This document shows, in pieces, positions 45,633 through 55,298 of a DNA stretch of 64,000 bases. A program made the position numbers and the translations under genes. Source of the stretch: an uncultured archaeon. Its GTDB lineage: Archaea > Iainarchaeota > Iainarchaeia > Iainarchaeales > VGJJ01. Every line of letters begins with the position of its first letter. The first letter of the stretch is position 1. The notes below the pieces were generated by a model. It was not told where the DNA came from and searched no databases. It worked only from the letters and a program-made list of their open reading frames with translations. The stretch spans positions 149,663-213,662 of the forward strand of contig CAYRUV010000002.1 of assembly GCA_964427715.1 (NCBI GenBank). Direction: 5' to 3'.

Positions 45633-46418
45633 ATGAGAATGAAAACAAAGAAAGGGAAAAATAATTCCACTCCAAAAGGGAATGAAAAGACCCTGAAAAT
45701 CGTGGCCTATTTCGATTTCATGTGCCCTTGGTCCTACCTCACCCGCGCTCGCGTGAAGAAAGCACTCGCCCACACTCACACGAATGCCTCGATGGAGTGG
45801 ATTCCCTTCGAATTGTACGAGGGAAACTTTGATCATCGCGTGGAACGGAAAAGCATCTACGGACACGAGTCGTTAAACGCTGTGTATGCCGACCTTCGAA
45901 ACCTTGGACTGCGCGAACACCTCATCATCCACCACCCCCGCTATGAAGGGAGCTCCCGTCGTGCCCTCACCGGGTATCTATTTGCCCGACGCAAGGGAAT
46001 GGGAGAGAAATACTTGGATGTGATGTTCGAACAAGTATTCGAACACGTGAATGATATCTCCTCCCTCACCGTGTTGAGTCGTATCGCCGTAAAGATGGGA
46101 TTCGATGTGAACGCGTTCATGGCCTTTGTTGAGAGCCCGTCCAACCAGTCGCAGATACACACCCTCACACTCGCCGCCAAGCACAACGGAATCAAGGGCC
46201 TCCCCACATACTTGATTAACGGCACCCTAATCCAGGGAGCCCTTCCCGTGAGTGAGTGGGAGTCTCTCTTCCGCATGCATGCCCACCATCCTGTTCCCAT
46301 GATGCGAGCCGTTGAAAAGGAGAAAAAGAAGATTCCAAAAGCCACAAAGAAGAAATCCCCTCCCAAAAAGGCCCCTCAAACACGACCTAAAAAAGGGAAA
46401 AAGCCCCGCAAACGCTGA
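45633..46418 (+). CDS. DsbA/FrnE-like thiol-disulfide oxidoreductase with a Lys-rich tail
   Basis: FDFMCPWSY active-site context and GLPTYLINGTLIQGA. The 35-aa C-terminal tail is KKKIPKATKKKSPPKKAPQTRPKKGKKPRKR. The start may be at 45639 (TATAAAAA at 45610-45617). Confidence 0.75.
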   Translation: MRMKTKKGKNNSTPKGNEKTLKIVAYFDFMCPWSYLTRARVKKALAHTHTNASMEWIPFELYEGNFDHRVERKSIYGHESLNAVYADLRNLGLREHLIIHHPRYEGSSRRALTGYLFARRKGMGEKYLDVMFEQVFEHVNDISSLTVLSRIAVKMGFDVNAFMAFVESPSNQSQIHTLTLAAKHNGIKGLPTYLINGTLIQGALPVSEWESLFRMHAHHPVPMMRAVEKEKKKIPKATKKKSPPKKAPQTRPKKGKKPRKR

Positions 46419-46424
46419 GATGGG

Positions 46425-46436
46425 GTTTTAATCCCA
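46425..46436 (+). promoter_or_regulatory. BRE/TATA-like box GGTTTTAATCCC upstream of the DEAD-box helicase gene
   Basis: The 12-mer is identical to 5536-5547 and lies 27 nt before the ATG at 46463. Confidence 0.4.
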
Positions 46437-46462
46437 CGCGAACACCTAGAAGTAGAATCCCG

Positions 46463-47695
46463 ATGAAAAACCAAAAAGAGACGAAGGCCAAACCCGTCAA
46501 GTCAACGAAAACGACTCCTGAAAAAGCCACTCCGGAGAAAACTACCCCCACGTCCAAGAAAGTGGAAGTTCCCGCGGAAGAAAAAGGAGTTTTGTTCGCA
46601 TCATTCAACTTATCTCCCGCCCTCCAAAAAGGATTGGCCGAGAATGAATATTTGTACGCCACTCCCATTCAGGGCGCCACCATCCCCCTCATTCTCAAGG
46701 GAAAAGATGTTTTAGGCCAAGCCAAAACAGGAACGGGAAAAACCGCCGCGTTTGGAATTCCAATTCTTCACACCCTGCATGAGGATACACGCCACGTGCA
46801 CGCACTAGTCATCGTTCCCACGCGCGAACTTGCTTTGCAGGTGCGCGATGAATTGGAAAACATTGGAAAACACACCCACGCACGCATCGTAGCCGTGTTT
46901 GGGGGATCCAGCATGAACGTGCAGGCCAACCAACTCAAGAGCGCCACGATTGTAGTGGGAACCCCCGGACGAATGATGGACTTCATGCGACAAGGTGTGT
47001 TGCGCATGGACCGACTGAAGATGGTCGTGCTGGATGAAGCGGACAAGATGCTGGACATGGGATTCAAGGACGACATTGAAACTATTCTCTCTCAACTTCC
47101 CGCGCAGAAACAAACACTGTTGTTCTCGGCCACGATGCCGGGAACGATTCGTTCCCTTGCCAAAAAATACTTGAAGGATCCCACCGAAGTCAACCTGAGT
47201 GAGGACACCCTCACGGTGGAAGGAATCACCCAATACTACTTGAACGTGGATCCGAAAGAACGCGTGCGCATGCTCGCAGGGTTAGTCAAGCATTTCAAAG
47301 TGCAAAAAGGAATGGTCTTTTGCCAGACGAAGCGAACGGTGGATTGGCTGGAACACCAACTCCAGCGATTTGGAATCCAATCCGCTAAAATCCACGGGGA
47401 TTTACCTCAAGCCAAGCGACAGCACTACTTACAGGCCTTTGAGCAGGGACAATACCCCCTTTTGATTGCCACGAATGTGGCGGCACGAGGAATTCACATT
47501 GAAGACATTTCCCACGTCATCAATTTCGACTTCCCAGACGAATACGAGACCTATATCCATCGAATTGGACGAACCGCCCGGCAGGGAAAAAAGGGGGTCG
47601 CGATTACCTTCATCACGAACGTTTCCGATAACCAGCGGATTCGAGAGCTGGAAATGCTCATGAATGCCAAAATACACGAATTAAAGGCCAAATAG
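46463..47695 (+). CDS. DEAD-box RNA helicase
   Basis: AKTGTGKTAAF, DEAD, SAT and HRIGRTAR. There is a ~45-aa Lys/Thr/Pro-rich N-terminal extension. Confidence 0.92.
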   Translation: MKNQKETKAKPVKSTKTTPEKATPEKTTPTSKKVEVPAEEKGVLFASFNLSPALQKGLAENEYLYATPIQGATIPLILKGKDVLGQAKTGTGKTAAFGIPILHTLHEDTRHVHALVIVPTRELALQVRDELENIGKHTHARIVAVFGGSSMNVQANQLKSATIVVGTPGRMMDFMRQGVLRMDRLKMVVLDEADKMLDMGFKDDIETILSQLPAQKQTLLFSATMPGTIRSLAKKYLKDPTEVNLSEDTLTVEGITQYYLNVDPKERVRMLAGLVKHFKVQKGMVFCQTKRTVDWLEHQLQRFGIQSAKIHGDLPQAKRQHYLQAFEQGQYPLLIATNVAARGIHIEDISHVINFDFPDEYETYIHRIGRTARQGKKGVAITFITNVSDNQRIRELEMLMNAKIHELKAK

Positions 47696-47747
47696 GCGCT
47701 CAACAACCAAGAGGATTTATATCCTTTTTCCAGGCCTCCATCCTAGT

Positions 47748-49004
47748 ATGACTGCCTCCAATGCCTCTGATACCAAGACCTATGATGTAATCGTTGTGGG
47801 AGGCGGACCTGGTGGAAGCTCCACGTCCATGTTCCTGGCCAAGAAGGGCTACAAGGTACTGCTTTTAGATAAGGCCAAGTACCCCCGCGACAAAATCTGC
47901 GGAGACGCCATTTCTGGAAAGAGCGTGGGAATGCTCAAAGAATTGGGCATTGAACACGAGATGGAAAAGATCGACAACGCCAAAGTATTCGGACTTGTAT
48001 TTTCTTCCCCTGAGGGAAAGATGCTCGAAATTCCCTTCCCTGTGAAAGACGGAGAAGGACACACGAAAGCGAGAGGGTACGTGTGCCGAAGAATAGTGTT
48101 TGATAACTTCCTATTCAGCCACGCCCGAAAACACGTGGACGTGAAAGAAGAATTCGCGGTTACGGATTTACTTTGGGATGAAAACCAAACGGTGATTGGC
48201 GTCAAGGGAATGGACCTAACCACGAAGCAAACCATGGAATTTCACGCCAAGTTTGTTGTGGGTGCCGATGGAGCCACTTCTGTGGTTGCGAACAAGGTCA
48301 ACGCTGAAAAGATTCCTGACGATCACTTGTGTATGGCCACGCGCGTCTATTACCAAGGGATTACGGGAATGTCCCCCAACATTGAGATTCACTTCATTGA
48401 CTCCGTGATGCCCGGATACTTCTGGATCTTCCCCTTAGAAGACGGAAAAGCCAACGTGGGACTAGGGATGGTCTCAACGGACCGACAAAAGAAAGGCGTA
48501 AATCTGGTCGCGGAAACCGAACGCGTCATACGCGAACATCCGTTATTCAAGGAACGATTCAAGGACGCCACCAAGCTCACCGATGTCAAGGGATGGACCT
48601 TGCCTTTTGGTAGCTTCAAGCGCACCCTCCACGGAAAAGGATGGATGCTGGTTGGAGATGCCGCCTCCTTGATTGATCCCTTTTCCGGAGAAGGAGTCGG
48701 AAACGCCATGACCAGCGGAAAGTACGCCGCTGAGGCCATGGACCGCGCATTCAAGGCCAAGGACTTTTCTCCTGAATTCATGAAGTGGTACGACGAAAAC
48801 TTGTGGAAGGAAATCGAACCCGAACTCAAAACGAGCTACATGCTCCAGAAGATGGGCCGACACAAGTGGTTGTTGAACCTCGTGATTGGAAAAGCCTCAC
48901 GCAGCAAGGAAGTCCGAGACACGATTTCCGGAATGTTGGTCAACGAGGAAGCGAGAAAGAGCTTCATCTCCCCCATGTTCTACTTGAAAGTATTGCTCGC
49001 GTAA
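47748..49004 (+). CDS. Geranylgeranyl reductase-family flavoprotein
   Basis: YDVIVVGGGPGGSS...LLLDKA..PRDKICGDAIS and LVGDAA; 418 aa. A TTTATAT box lies 26 nt upstream (leaderless spacing). Confidence 0.85.
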   Translation: MTASNASDTKTYDVIVVGGGPGGSSTSMFLAKKGYKVLLLDKAKYPRDKICGDAISGKSVGMLKELGIEHEMEKIDNAKVFGLVFSSPEGKMLEIPFPVKDGEGHTKARGYVCRRIVFDNFLFSHARKHVDVKEEFAVTDLLWDENQTVIGVKGMDLTTKQTMEFHAKFVVGADGATSVVANKVNAEKIPDDHLCMATRVYYQGITGMSPNIEIHFIDSVMPGYFWIFPLEDGKANVGLGMVSTDRQKKGVNLVAETERVIREHPLFKERFKDATKLTDVKGWTLPFGSFKRTLHGKGWMLVGDAASLIDPFSGEGVGNAMTSGKYAAEAMDRAFKAKDFSPEFMKWYDENLWKEIEPELKTSYMLQKMGRHKWLLNLVIGKASRSKEVRDTISGMLVNEEARKSFISPMFYLKVLLA

Positions 49005-49065
49005 AAACACGATTCGAAGCCCGCACCAAACGGGCTTTTAATTCCAGTCTTGTTCACTCGTCAGT

Positions 49066-49800
49066 ATGCCTGCCAAGAAGAAAGAGAAAACGATTGATGT
49101 ATCGGTCGTGGTCTGCACGCTCAATGAGGAAAAAAACATTGTAAATTGTTTGAATGCCCTGCGCGCCCAAAAATTCTCAGGAACCTACGAAATCATCGTG
49201 GCGGATGGGCCCTCTACCGATCGTACGAGAGAATTAGCCAAACCCCTCGCGGACAAAGTGGTCACGGAAGAAAAGAAAGGAATCGCATTCGAACGACAAG
49301 CCGGAGCTAAAGTCGCGGAGGGAAAAATAATCGCCTTCACAGACTGCGATTCCAAAACACCTGTCGATTGGGTTCAGCGCATTCACGATACTTTCGCAAA
49401 TGATTCTGAACTGAGTATGATTTATGGTCCAGTATTCTATTCAGATGTCTCGGAGCAGGAACAATACCTTTCTACTTTATTCATGCCTAAATTCCTCAGG
49501 ATCATGGGCATTTTGCGCATGCATAACCCCATCGGAAGCAACATCGCCATACGAAGGGACGTGTTCGAGAAAATAGGGGGATTCAACACGAACTACATTA
49601 CGTGCGAAGACTTGGATTTGGGAAAACGAGCCAAGAAACACGGCCCCCTGAAATACGTCAAACATTTACATCAATTCGTCTCCGCACGTAGGGTGAGGAA
49701 ATGGGGTTATTTGAAGTACGTGGGGTTCCATTTGTTCAATGGGGTTCGATACCACCTCACGGGAAATGCCTCTAAACGATATGAAGACGTGCGGGAGTAG
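49066..49800 (+). CDS. Family 2 glycosyltransferase
   Basis: VSVVVCTLNEEKNI, YEIIVADGPSTDRT and DCD motifs. Confidence 0.8.
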   Translation: MPAKKKEKTIDVSVVVCTLNEEKNIVNCLNALRAQKFSGTYEIIVADGPSTDRTRELAKPLADKVVTEEKKGIAFERQAGAKVAEGKIIAFTDCDSKTPVDWVQRIHDTFANDSELSMIYGPVFYSDVSEQEQYLSTLFMPKFLRIMGILRMHNPIGSNIAIRRDVFEKIGGFNTNYITCEDLDLGKRAKKHGPLKYVKHLHQFVSARRVRKWGYLKYVGFHLFNGVRYHLTGNASKRYEDVRE

Positions 49801-49836
49801 AGGGACATTAAATACACGGACAAGGTGTTCCGAGCT

Positions 49837-50976
49837 ATGCGCATTGCCATATTCACGGATTCATTCTGGCCCCAAATCAATGGAGTCACGACCAGCATCC
49901 TGAACACATGCACCACCCTCGCGGACCAGGGGCATCACTTTCTCATCTACGCCCCCAAACCATCTCCTTTTCCCGCCAATCCTCCCCAGCACAAAAATAT
50001 CCAGTTCGTCTGGCTCCCGTCGCATCCATTACCTACGTACACGGATTACTTGATTGCCTATTCATTCAACAAAGACGCCCAAAAGGTTTTCGATGACTTT
50101 CACGCCGATGTGGTGCATGTCCACACTCCCTTCTACGTGGCCAAAAAGGGGATTGAATTAGCCAAGAAGAAAAAAATCCCCGTGATTGGAACCTATCACA
50201 CCATGCTCTCCGAATTCTTGGACTACATTCCCATTCCCACGATCAAACATCATCCCGTCATGAAAGAATTGACGTGGAAATATACGCAGTACTTTTATGG
50301 GAAATGCGACGTGATAACCACTCCAACAAAGGTATTAGCGGATGAGCTGGAAGAACATGGATTCAAAAATGTGAAAACACTCACTAATGCTATTGATTAT
50401 GAAACATTCTCCAAAGCGAAAGGGAAAAAGGATGCGAAGAAAGTAAAATTATTGTATTACGGGAGAATATCCTTCGAAAAAAGAATCGATGTGGCCGTGC
50501 AGGCATTATTTTTGCTGAGAAAAAACCATTCGAAAGTGGAACTATCCATCATCGGAAGCGGACCCGCCGAACCCTCCCTAAAGGAACAGGCGAAAGAATA
50601 TGGAGTTGAGAAATTTGTACATTTCCCGGGACCCTTCCGAGGAAAAGAACTCGCCGAGAGAGTGAAATCCCACGACATTCTGGTAGCCCCCTCTCCCATG
50701 GAGACGCAGGGACTGTATGTGTTGGAATCCATGGCGGCTGGGTTGTGTGTGGTGGGATGCGACATGCGCGCCATTCCCATCGCCTTAGGAAAGAATGAAC
50801 GGGGGTTGTTGTTCAAGAGTGGAAATGCCGAGGACTGCGCGGAAAAGATCGAAAAAGTCATGAAAAGCCCCCCATTGAGAAAGAAGCTCACGGTGAGCGC
50901 TCAAAAGTGGGTCAAAGCGTATGGGAAGAAGGCCATCGCGAAGGAATGGTTGAGGTTGTATGAAAAAACATTATAA
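49837..50976 (+). CDS. Family 4 (GT-B) glycosyltransferase
   Basis: MRIAIFTDSFWPQINGV and ETQGLYVLESMAAGLCVVG. The track start at 49825 is a non-ATG codon. Confidence 0.85.
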   Translation: MRIAIFTDSFWPQINGVTTSILNTCTTLADQGHHFLIYAPKPSPFPANPPQHKNIQFVWLPSHPLPTYTDYLIAYSFNKDAQKVFDDFHADVVHVHTPFYVAKKGIELAKKKKIPVIGTYHTMLSEFLDYIPIPTIKHHPVMKELTWKYTQYFYGKCDVITTPTKVLADELEEHGFKNVKTLTNAIDYETFSKAKGKKDAKKVKLLYYGRISFEKRIDVAVQALFLLRKNHSKVELSIIGSGPAEPSLKEQAKEYGVEKFVHFPGPFRGKELAERVKSHDILVAPSPMETQGLYVLESMAAGLCVVGCDMRAIPIALGKNERGLLFKSGNAEDCAEKIEKVMKSPPLRKKLTVSAQKWVKAYGKKAIAKEWLRLYEKTL

Positions 50977-53548
50977 GCGCGCCCATCAATTGTGGTCCAT
51001 GCCACGAGGGTATTCGTTGACCGAAGGACGATCGTTCTGGGTTGCGGTGGTTCTCATTATTTTTTTGTCATTCTACCTTCTATACGCGCAGCCCACTGGA
51101 TTCGTCGGTAGAACGGCCGTCACGAGTGCGTCTACTCCCGCCGCGGAACTAATTATACAATCAAACATTTCGCCCGTAATTGCCTCAGCTGATGTGGTTG
51201 AATACCCTTCATTCTCCGTTTCCGGGCTCCAATCAGGAGAATCAATCAAAAAGGCCCGTTTTCAAATCGATGGACAGTCATCCAAAATAGCGTTATCAGG
51301 AGCCATCATCGCTGGAAAAAGAGCCGAGATTCTGTTCCATTCACCATTCGCTCCATTTGATACCACTAAAAGAATCGAAGAAGGACCACATTCAATAGAC
51401 ATTTCCCTGGAAACTAGTTTGGGAAGAAAGGTGAATGGAAAATTCCATTACTTGATTGACCAAACTCCTCCATCCATTATGAAAGTGAGCCAATCAGAAA
51501 ACAAGATTGTCGTGCGAATAACGGATGCTCAATCTGGAGTCGATCCCTATCTCCCGGTTTATCTCATTGATAAACAAAAGAATACGATTGTCCGCGACGA
51601 CGATATCTCATCATCCTGTACTGGGCCAATGAGCACCAAGGAATGCATCATCGTGCTCCCGGAGAACCTCGGTTCGGAAATCATCCCGGTCGTTTTTCCC
51701 TATGACACCGCCCTTCGAGGGAACTCTGGTGAATACGGAGGAAATAGTTCTCCAACCCCATTTCCCCTTACTGGAGATTTGTCTGGAGACGAACTGCTGG
51801 CCGAAATGGAAGAGGTACATTCAAATGAGTCTGATGGCCGATTTCCTATTTCTTTTTCTGGATTATCCGCATCAACCACGACTTGTTCTCGAGCCCCTGA
51901 AACTATTGAGATGGTCGTAATCGTGGGAGGTTCGAGTAATTTTCTCTCCCCTAAAAGTGTCTATCAAGCCAATCAACAGGCTAACGACCTGGAACATGCC
52001 TTGTCTGATGTGTCAGAGTTAATATCTGCTAAGTATCCAGCGATGTCCAGCTACTCGAAACCAATAACGACTCAGATAAATGTCACGCTTTTCGCTCCAA
52101 CAAACATGGTCGGGTATTTTTGCAACTCGCAAGGAACACCTATCGTGGATTTTCCATTACTGCCGGGAGAAGAGCCGCAGCTTTGCGACAACCAAAAATA
52201 TATGGGCGGATCAACAATAACAAATAACTATAATCTAAAGTTCTACAAAATGGTTCCATCCTCGGGAACCACTACTCAGAATGGTTGGGGACTCATTTTT
52301 CCGCTTGACAGTTATTATTCAACCACTGGCAACACTGAGTTCTATTTTGACTTCAAACAGGGATCTATATTGGGTAATGAGGACGGATATATTCAACCGC
52401 TCAACTATGACTCGATGACTAAGCTAATTGACTATTTCCATAAGAAATTGAACATTGGATCGGATCCGAAAAAAATACTGGTCGTGAATTTCCCAACTAT
52501 TGAACTAGCCTATCCATCTGCAGTAGGGCTTGCATTCATCGACAAATCGACGTTTGTCGTCGACCGATATCGCAAAAACATTGGTACTGAAGAGCATGAG
52601 TTGGGCCACCTCCTCGGTCTGGACGATCACTACAATAATCCAAAAGCGGATAAAGAGAACATCATGAATTCTGGCTATTTTAAGAAAAAATTTGATGGCA
52701 TCCAACTGGAACGAATGACTGCTATTATGTGCAGCGAAAATCTCCTTCCGAGCAAAACGGGAGAGGTCGGTGAAATTGAAAATGGACTTTCTCACTTATT
52801 TGGACACAGCTGCAATAATTCCCTTATCGATACCAGCCCTGCTGTTGATGGGTTCCCACGCGAGGAATGCGGGAAGCTGTTTTCAGGAAAAATAAAGATG
52901 CAGGACTTCATGTCCGAAAAAGATATTCGACAAATCTGTCCGATTGACCAGCAGCCAAAGCCACTTGCCGCGTCATGGGAAGATATCCCTTTACTAGAAG
53001 CACAAGGAAAACCGGTTCGTTACTGTACAATTATCGACTCCGAGCGCTGTCGCTGTCTAACCGCTGCTGAAGGCGGGCAACAGTCGGACTATGTTGTTCA
53101 ACAGGCCCCGATCACGAGCTATTTCTACTGTGATCTTTCGGGGAAGTGCTGGCCCACCGATAATTTCACGGAACCCTGGGACACTCCCACGCCGAGTTCC
53201 CCGCCTGCCGAGGGAACTGCGGTAACTCCTGAACCAGTAACGCCCGTCCAAGAGAAGCCCAAACCCTGTGGAGTCGTGACGCCCGCCCCGCCCGCCGATC
53301 CGAATGCGCCCCCGTTCTCTACTCCGCCAGCCCCTGTGTGCGGAGGAGCCTGCGAAAAGTCCTCGGACACGTGTACAACCTCTATGAATGTGGAAACCAA
53401 CCAATGGGAATGCGGATGCATCGAACTCAACTACGTGAGTCCGAACGAAACCCTTATCGTGGAAGAAATCGCGTCCCCTCGAGAAGGACCGTCCAGTGAA
53501 TCCGATTCCTCAGGGGATGGAGTTGCTATTGAAGCGATCGATAGCTAA
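50960..53548 (+). CDS. Giant exoprotein with a snapalysin/metzincin-like zinc-protease motif
   Basis: HELGHLLGLDDHY (nt 52595-52630) followed by a Met-turn-like ENIMNSGY. There is an N-terminal hydrophobic helix, Ig-like segments and a Pro- and Cys-rich C-terminus. An alternative start at 50999 gives MPRG|YSLTE... Confidence 0.6.
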   Translation: MKKHYKRAHQLWSMPRGYSLTEGRSFWVAVVLIIFLSFYLLYAQPTGFVGRTAVTSASTPAAELIIQSNISPVIASADVVEYPSFSVSGLQSGESIKKARFQIDGQSSKIALSGAIIAGKRAEILFHSPFAPFDTTKRIEEGPHSIDISLETSLGRKVNGKFHYLIDQTPPSIMKVSQSENKIVVRITDAQSGVDPYLPVYLIDKQKNTIVRDDDISSSCTGPMSTKECIIVLPENLGSEIIPVVFPYDTALRGNSGEYGGNSSPTPFPLTGDLSGDELLAEMEEVHSNESDGRFPISFSGLSASTTTCSRAPETIEMVVIVGGSSNFLSPKSVYQANQQANDLEHALSDVSELISAKYPAMSSYSKPITTQINVTLFAPTNMVGYFCNSQGTPIVDFPLLPGEEPQLCDNQKYMGGSTITNNYNLKFYKMVPSSGTTTQNGWGLIFPLDSYYSTTGNTEFYFDFKQGSILGNEDGYIQPLNYDSMTKLIDYFHKKLNIGSDPKKILVVNFPTIELAYPSAVGLAFIDKSTFVVDRYRKNIGTEEHELGHLLGLDDHYNNPKADKENIMNSGYFKKKFDGIQLERMTAIMCSENLLPSKTGEVGEIENGLSHLFGHSCNNSLIDTSPAVDGFPREECGKLFSGKIKMQDFMSEKDIRQICPIDQQPKPLAASWEDIPLLEAQGKPVRYCTIIDSERCRCLTAAEGGQQSDYVVQQAPITSYFYCDLSGKCWPTDNFTEPWDTPTPSSPPAEGTAVTPEPVTPVQEKPKPCGVVTPAPPADPNAPPFSTPPAPVCGGACEKSSDTCTTSMNVETNQWECGCIELNYVSPNETLIVEEIASPREGPSSESDSSGDGVAIEAIDS

Positions 53549-53585
53549 ACGAATACCTTAAATTGGACCGATTTTTGACTAAGAC

Positions 53586-55298
53586 ATGCGCACTCTCTCC
53601 CACGACATCCTCATCATCGGCGCCGGACTCGCCGGGCAGCGCGCCGCGATTGAGGCTCGACATGTGGGGATGGATGTGGGAATTGTCTCCAAAGTCCACC
53701 CGGTACGAAGCCACAGCGTGGCCGCCGCGGGAGGAATCAATGCTGCGATAGGGAAAGGGGATGATTGGAAGGCCCATTTCAAAGACACCGTGTATGGAAG
53801 CGACTTTCTCGGCGACCAGGATGCGATTGAATTCTTGTGTAAAGACGCCCCGCGCAGAATTATGGAAATGGAATCCTGGGGAGTGGTATTTTCCCGCACC
53901 AACAAAGGAGACATTGCCCAGCGGCCTTTCGGAGGGCAGAAAACTCCTCGGACGTGTTACGCGTCGGATCGCACCGGACACATGCTGTTGCATACAACCT
54001 ATGATCAGTTGATGAAAGCCAACCCCGTGGTGTATCCGGAATACTACGCGCTGTCCCTCATGGTGGACAATGGTCGATGTCACGGGGCCGTGGTATGGGA
54101 CATCGAGAAGGGAGGATTGATCGTGGCCAAGGCCAAGGCCACCCTCCTTGCGACGGGAGGATATGGGAGAGCCTTTTCCACCACGAGCAATGCGCGCATC
54201 TGCACGGGAGATGGGCTCGCCCTCGCCTACAACGCAGGATTGCCCCTCGAGGATATGGAAATGGTCCAATTCCACCCATCCGGAATGTATGGAAAAGGAT
54301 TCTTGGTCTCGGAAGCCTCCCGCGGAGAAGGTGCCTATTTGCTGAATGGAAAAAACGACCGATTCATGAAAAAATACGCCCCCCAATCCATGGAACTAGC
54401 CTCCCGCGATGTAATTGCGCGTGCAATTACCACCGAAATCAACGAAGGGAGAGGAGCCGGAGCCCAAAAGGACCACGTCTGGTTGGACGTGCGACACTTG
54501 GGAGAGAAAATCATCCAGGAACGCATTCCCGAGATACGAAAAACCGTGCATGAACAACTCGGGATCGACTGCACGAAAGAATTAATCCCCATCGTGCCCA
54601 CCGCCCACTATAGTATGGGAGGAATTCCCACGGACATTCAAACACGCGTCGTGGTGGACACCACCAATACACCGTTGCCCGGATTATTCGCTGCCGGAGA
54701 AGTCGCCTGCGTAAGCGTGCACGGGGCGAATAGACTTGGGGGGAATTCACTCATGGAAACCCTAGTGTTTGGTCGCGTTGCGGGGATCGAAATGAGCCAC
54801 TATGTGCGTGGACAAAAGACCCACCATTCGTTTGATGAGAAAAAATTCATCGAACATGCCGATGCACGCATTCAATCACTTCTCCAAAACGTGAAAGGAC
54901 CCAAATCCCATGTTTTACAGGAGGAATTACAGCGCACCATGATGGAAGACTGCGGGGTATTTCGAAACAAAGCCGGATTATCACGTGCCATCCGAATACG
55001 CGACTCTCTCGAACGACAAGCGGCGCACTTACACGTGGATGATAAGTCCCCATACTTCAATACGGACTTGATTCAAGCCCTTGAAACCCAAAACCTACTC
55101 TCATTCTCCCATTCCATCATCGCAAGTGCGCTGGCTCGGACCGAATCCAGAGGAAGTCATGCGCGAACGGACTATCCCGCACGAGATGATGCGCGATGGA
55201 TGAAACATACCCTTGCCGTACGACATGGAAACAGAGTCAAACTATCCTACAAACCCGTGGTGGTGAAAAGCTATGCCCCGGAAGCGCGACACTACTAA
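53586..55298 (+). CDS. sdhA: Succinate dehydrogenase/fumarate reductase flavoprotein subunit
   Basis: DILIIGAGLAGQRAA, RSHSVAAAGGINAA (His in the position used for covalent FAD) and HPSGMYG; 570 aa. Confidence 0.9.
   Translation: MRTLSHDILIIGAGLAGQRAAIEARHVGMDVGIVSKVHPVRSHSVAAAGGINAAIGKGDDWKAHFKDTVYGSDFLGDQDAIEFLCKDAPRRIMEMESWGVVFSRTNKGDIAQRPFGGQKTPRTCYASDRTGHMLLHTTYDQLMKANPVVYPEYYALSLMVDNGRCHGAVVWDIEKGGLIVAKAKATLLATGGYGRAFSTTSNARICTGDGLALAYNAGLPLEDMEMVQFHPSGMYGKGFLVSEASRGEGAYLLNGKNDRFMKKYAPQSMELASRDVIARAITTEINEGRGAGAQKDHVWLDVRHLGEKIIQERIPEIRKTVHEQLGIDCTKELIPIVPTAHYSMGGIPTDIQTRVVVDTTNTPLPGLFAAGEVACVSVHGANRLGGNSLMETLVFGRVAGIEMSHYVRGQKTHHSFDEKKFIEHADARIQSLLQNVKGPKSHVLQEELQRTMMEDCGVFRNKAGLSRAIRIRDSLERQAAHLHVDDKSPYFNTDLIQALETQNLLSFSHSIIASALARTESRGSHARTDYPARDDARWMKHTLAVRHGNRVKLSYKPVVVKSYAPEARHY

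Noticed and set aside
53526-54386. 286-aa minus-strand ORF overlapping the start of sdhA.
   Set aside because: It is antisense to sdhA, which has unambiguous FAD-binding motifs. It has no motifs of its own.
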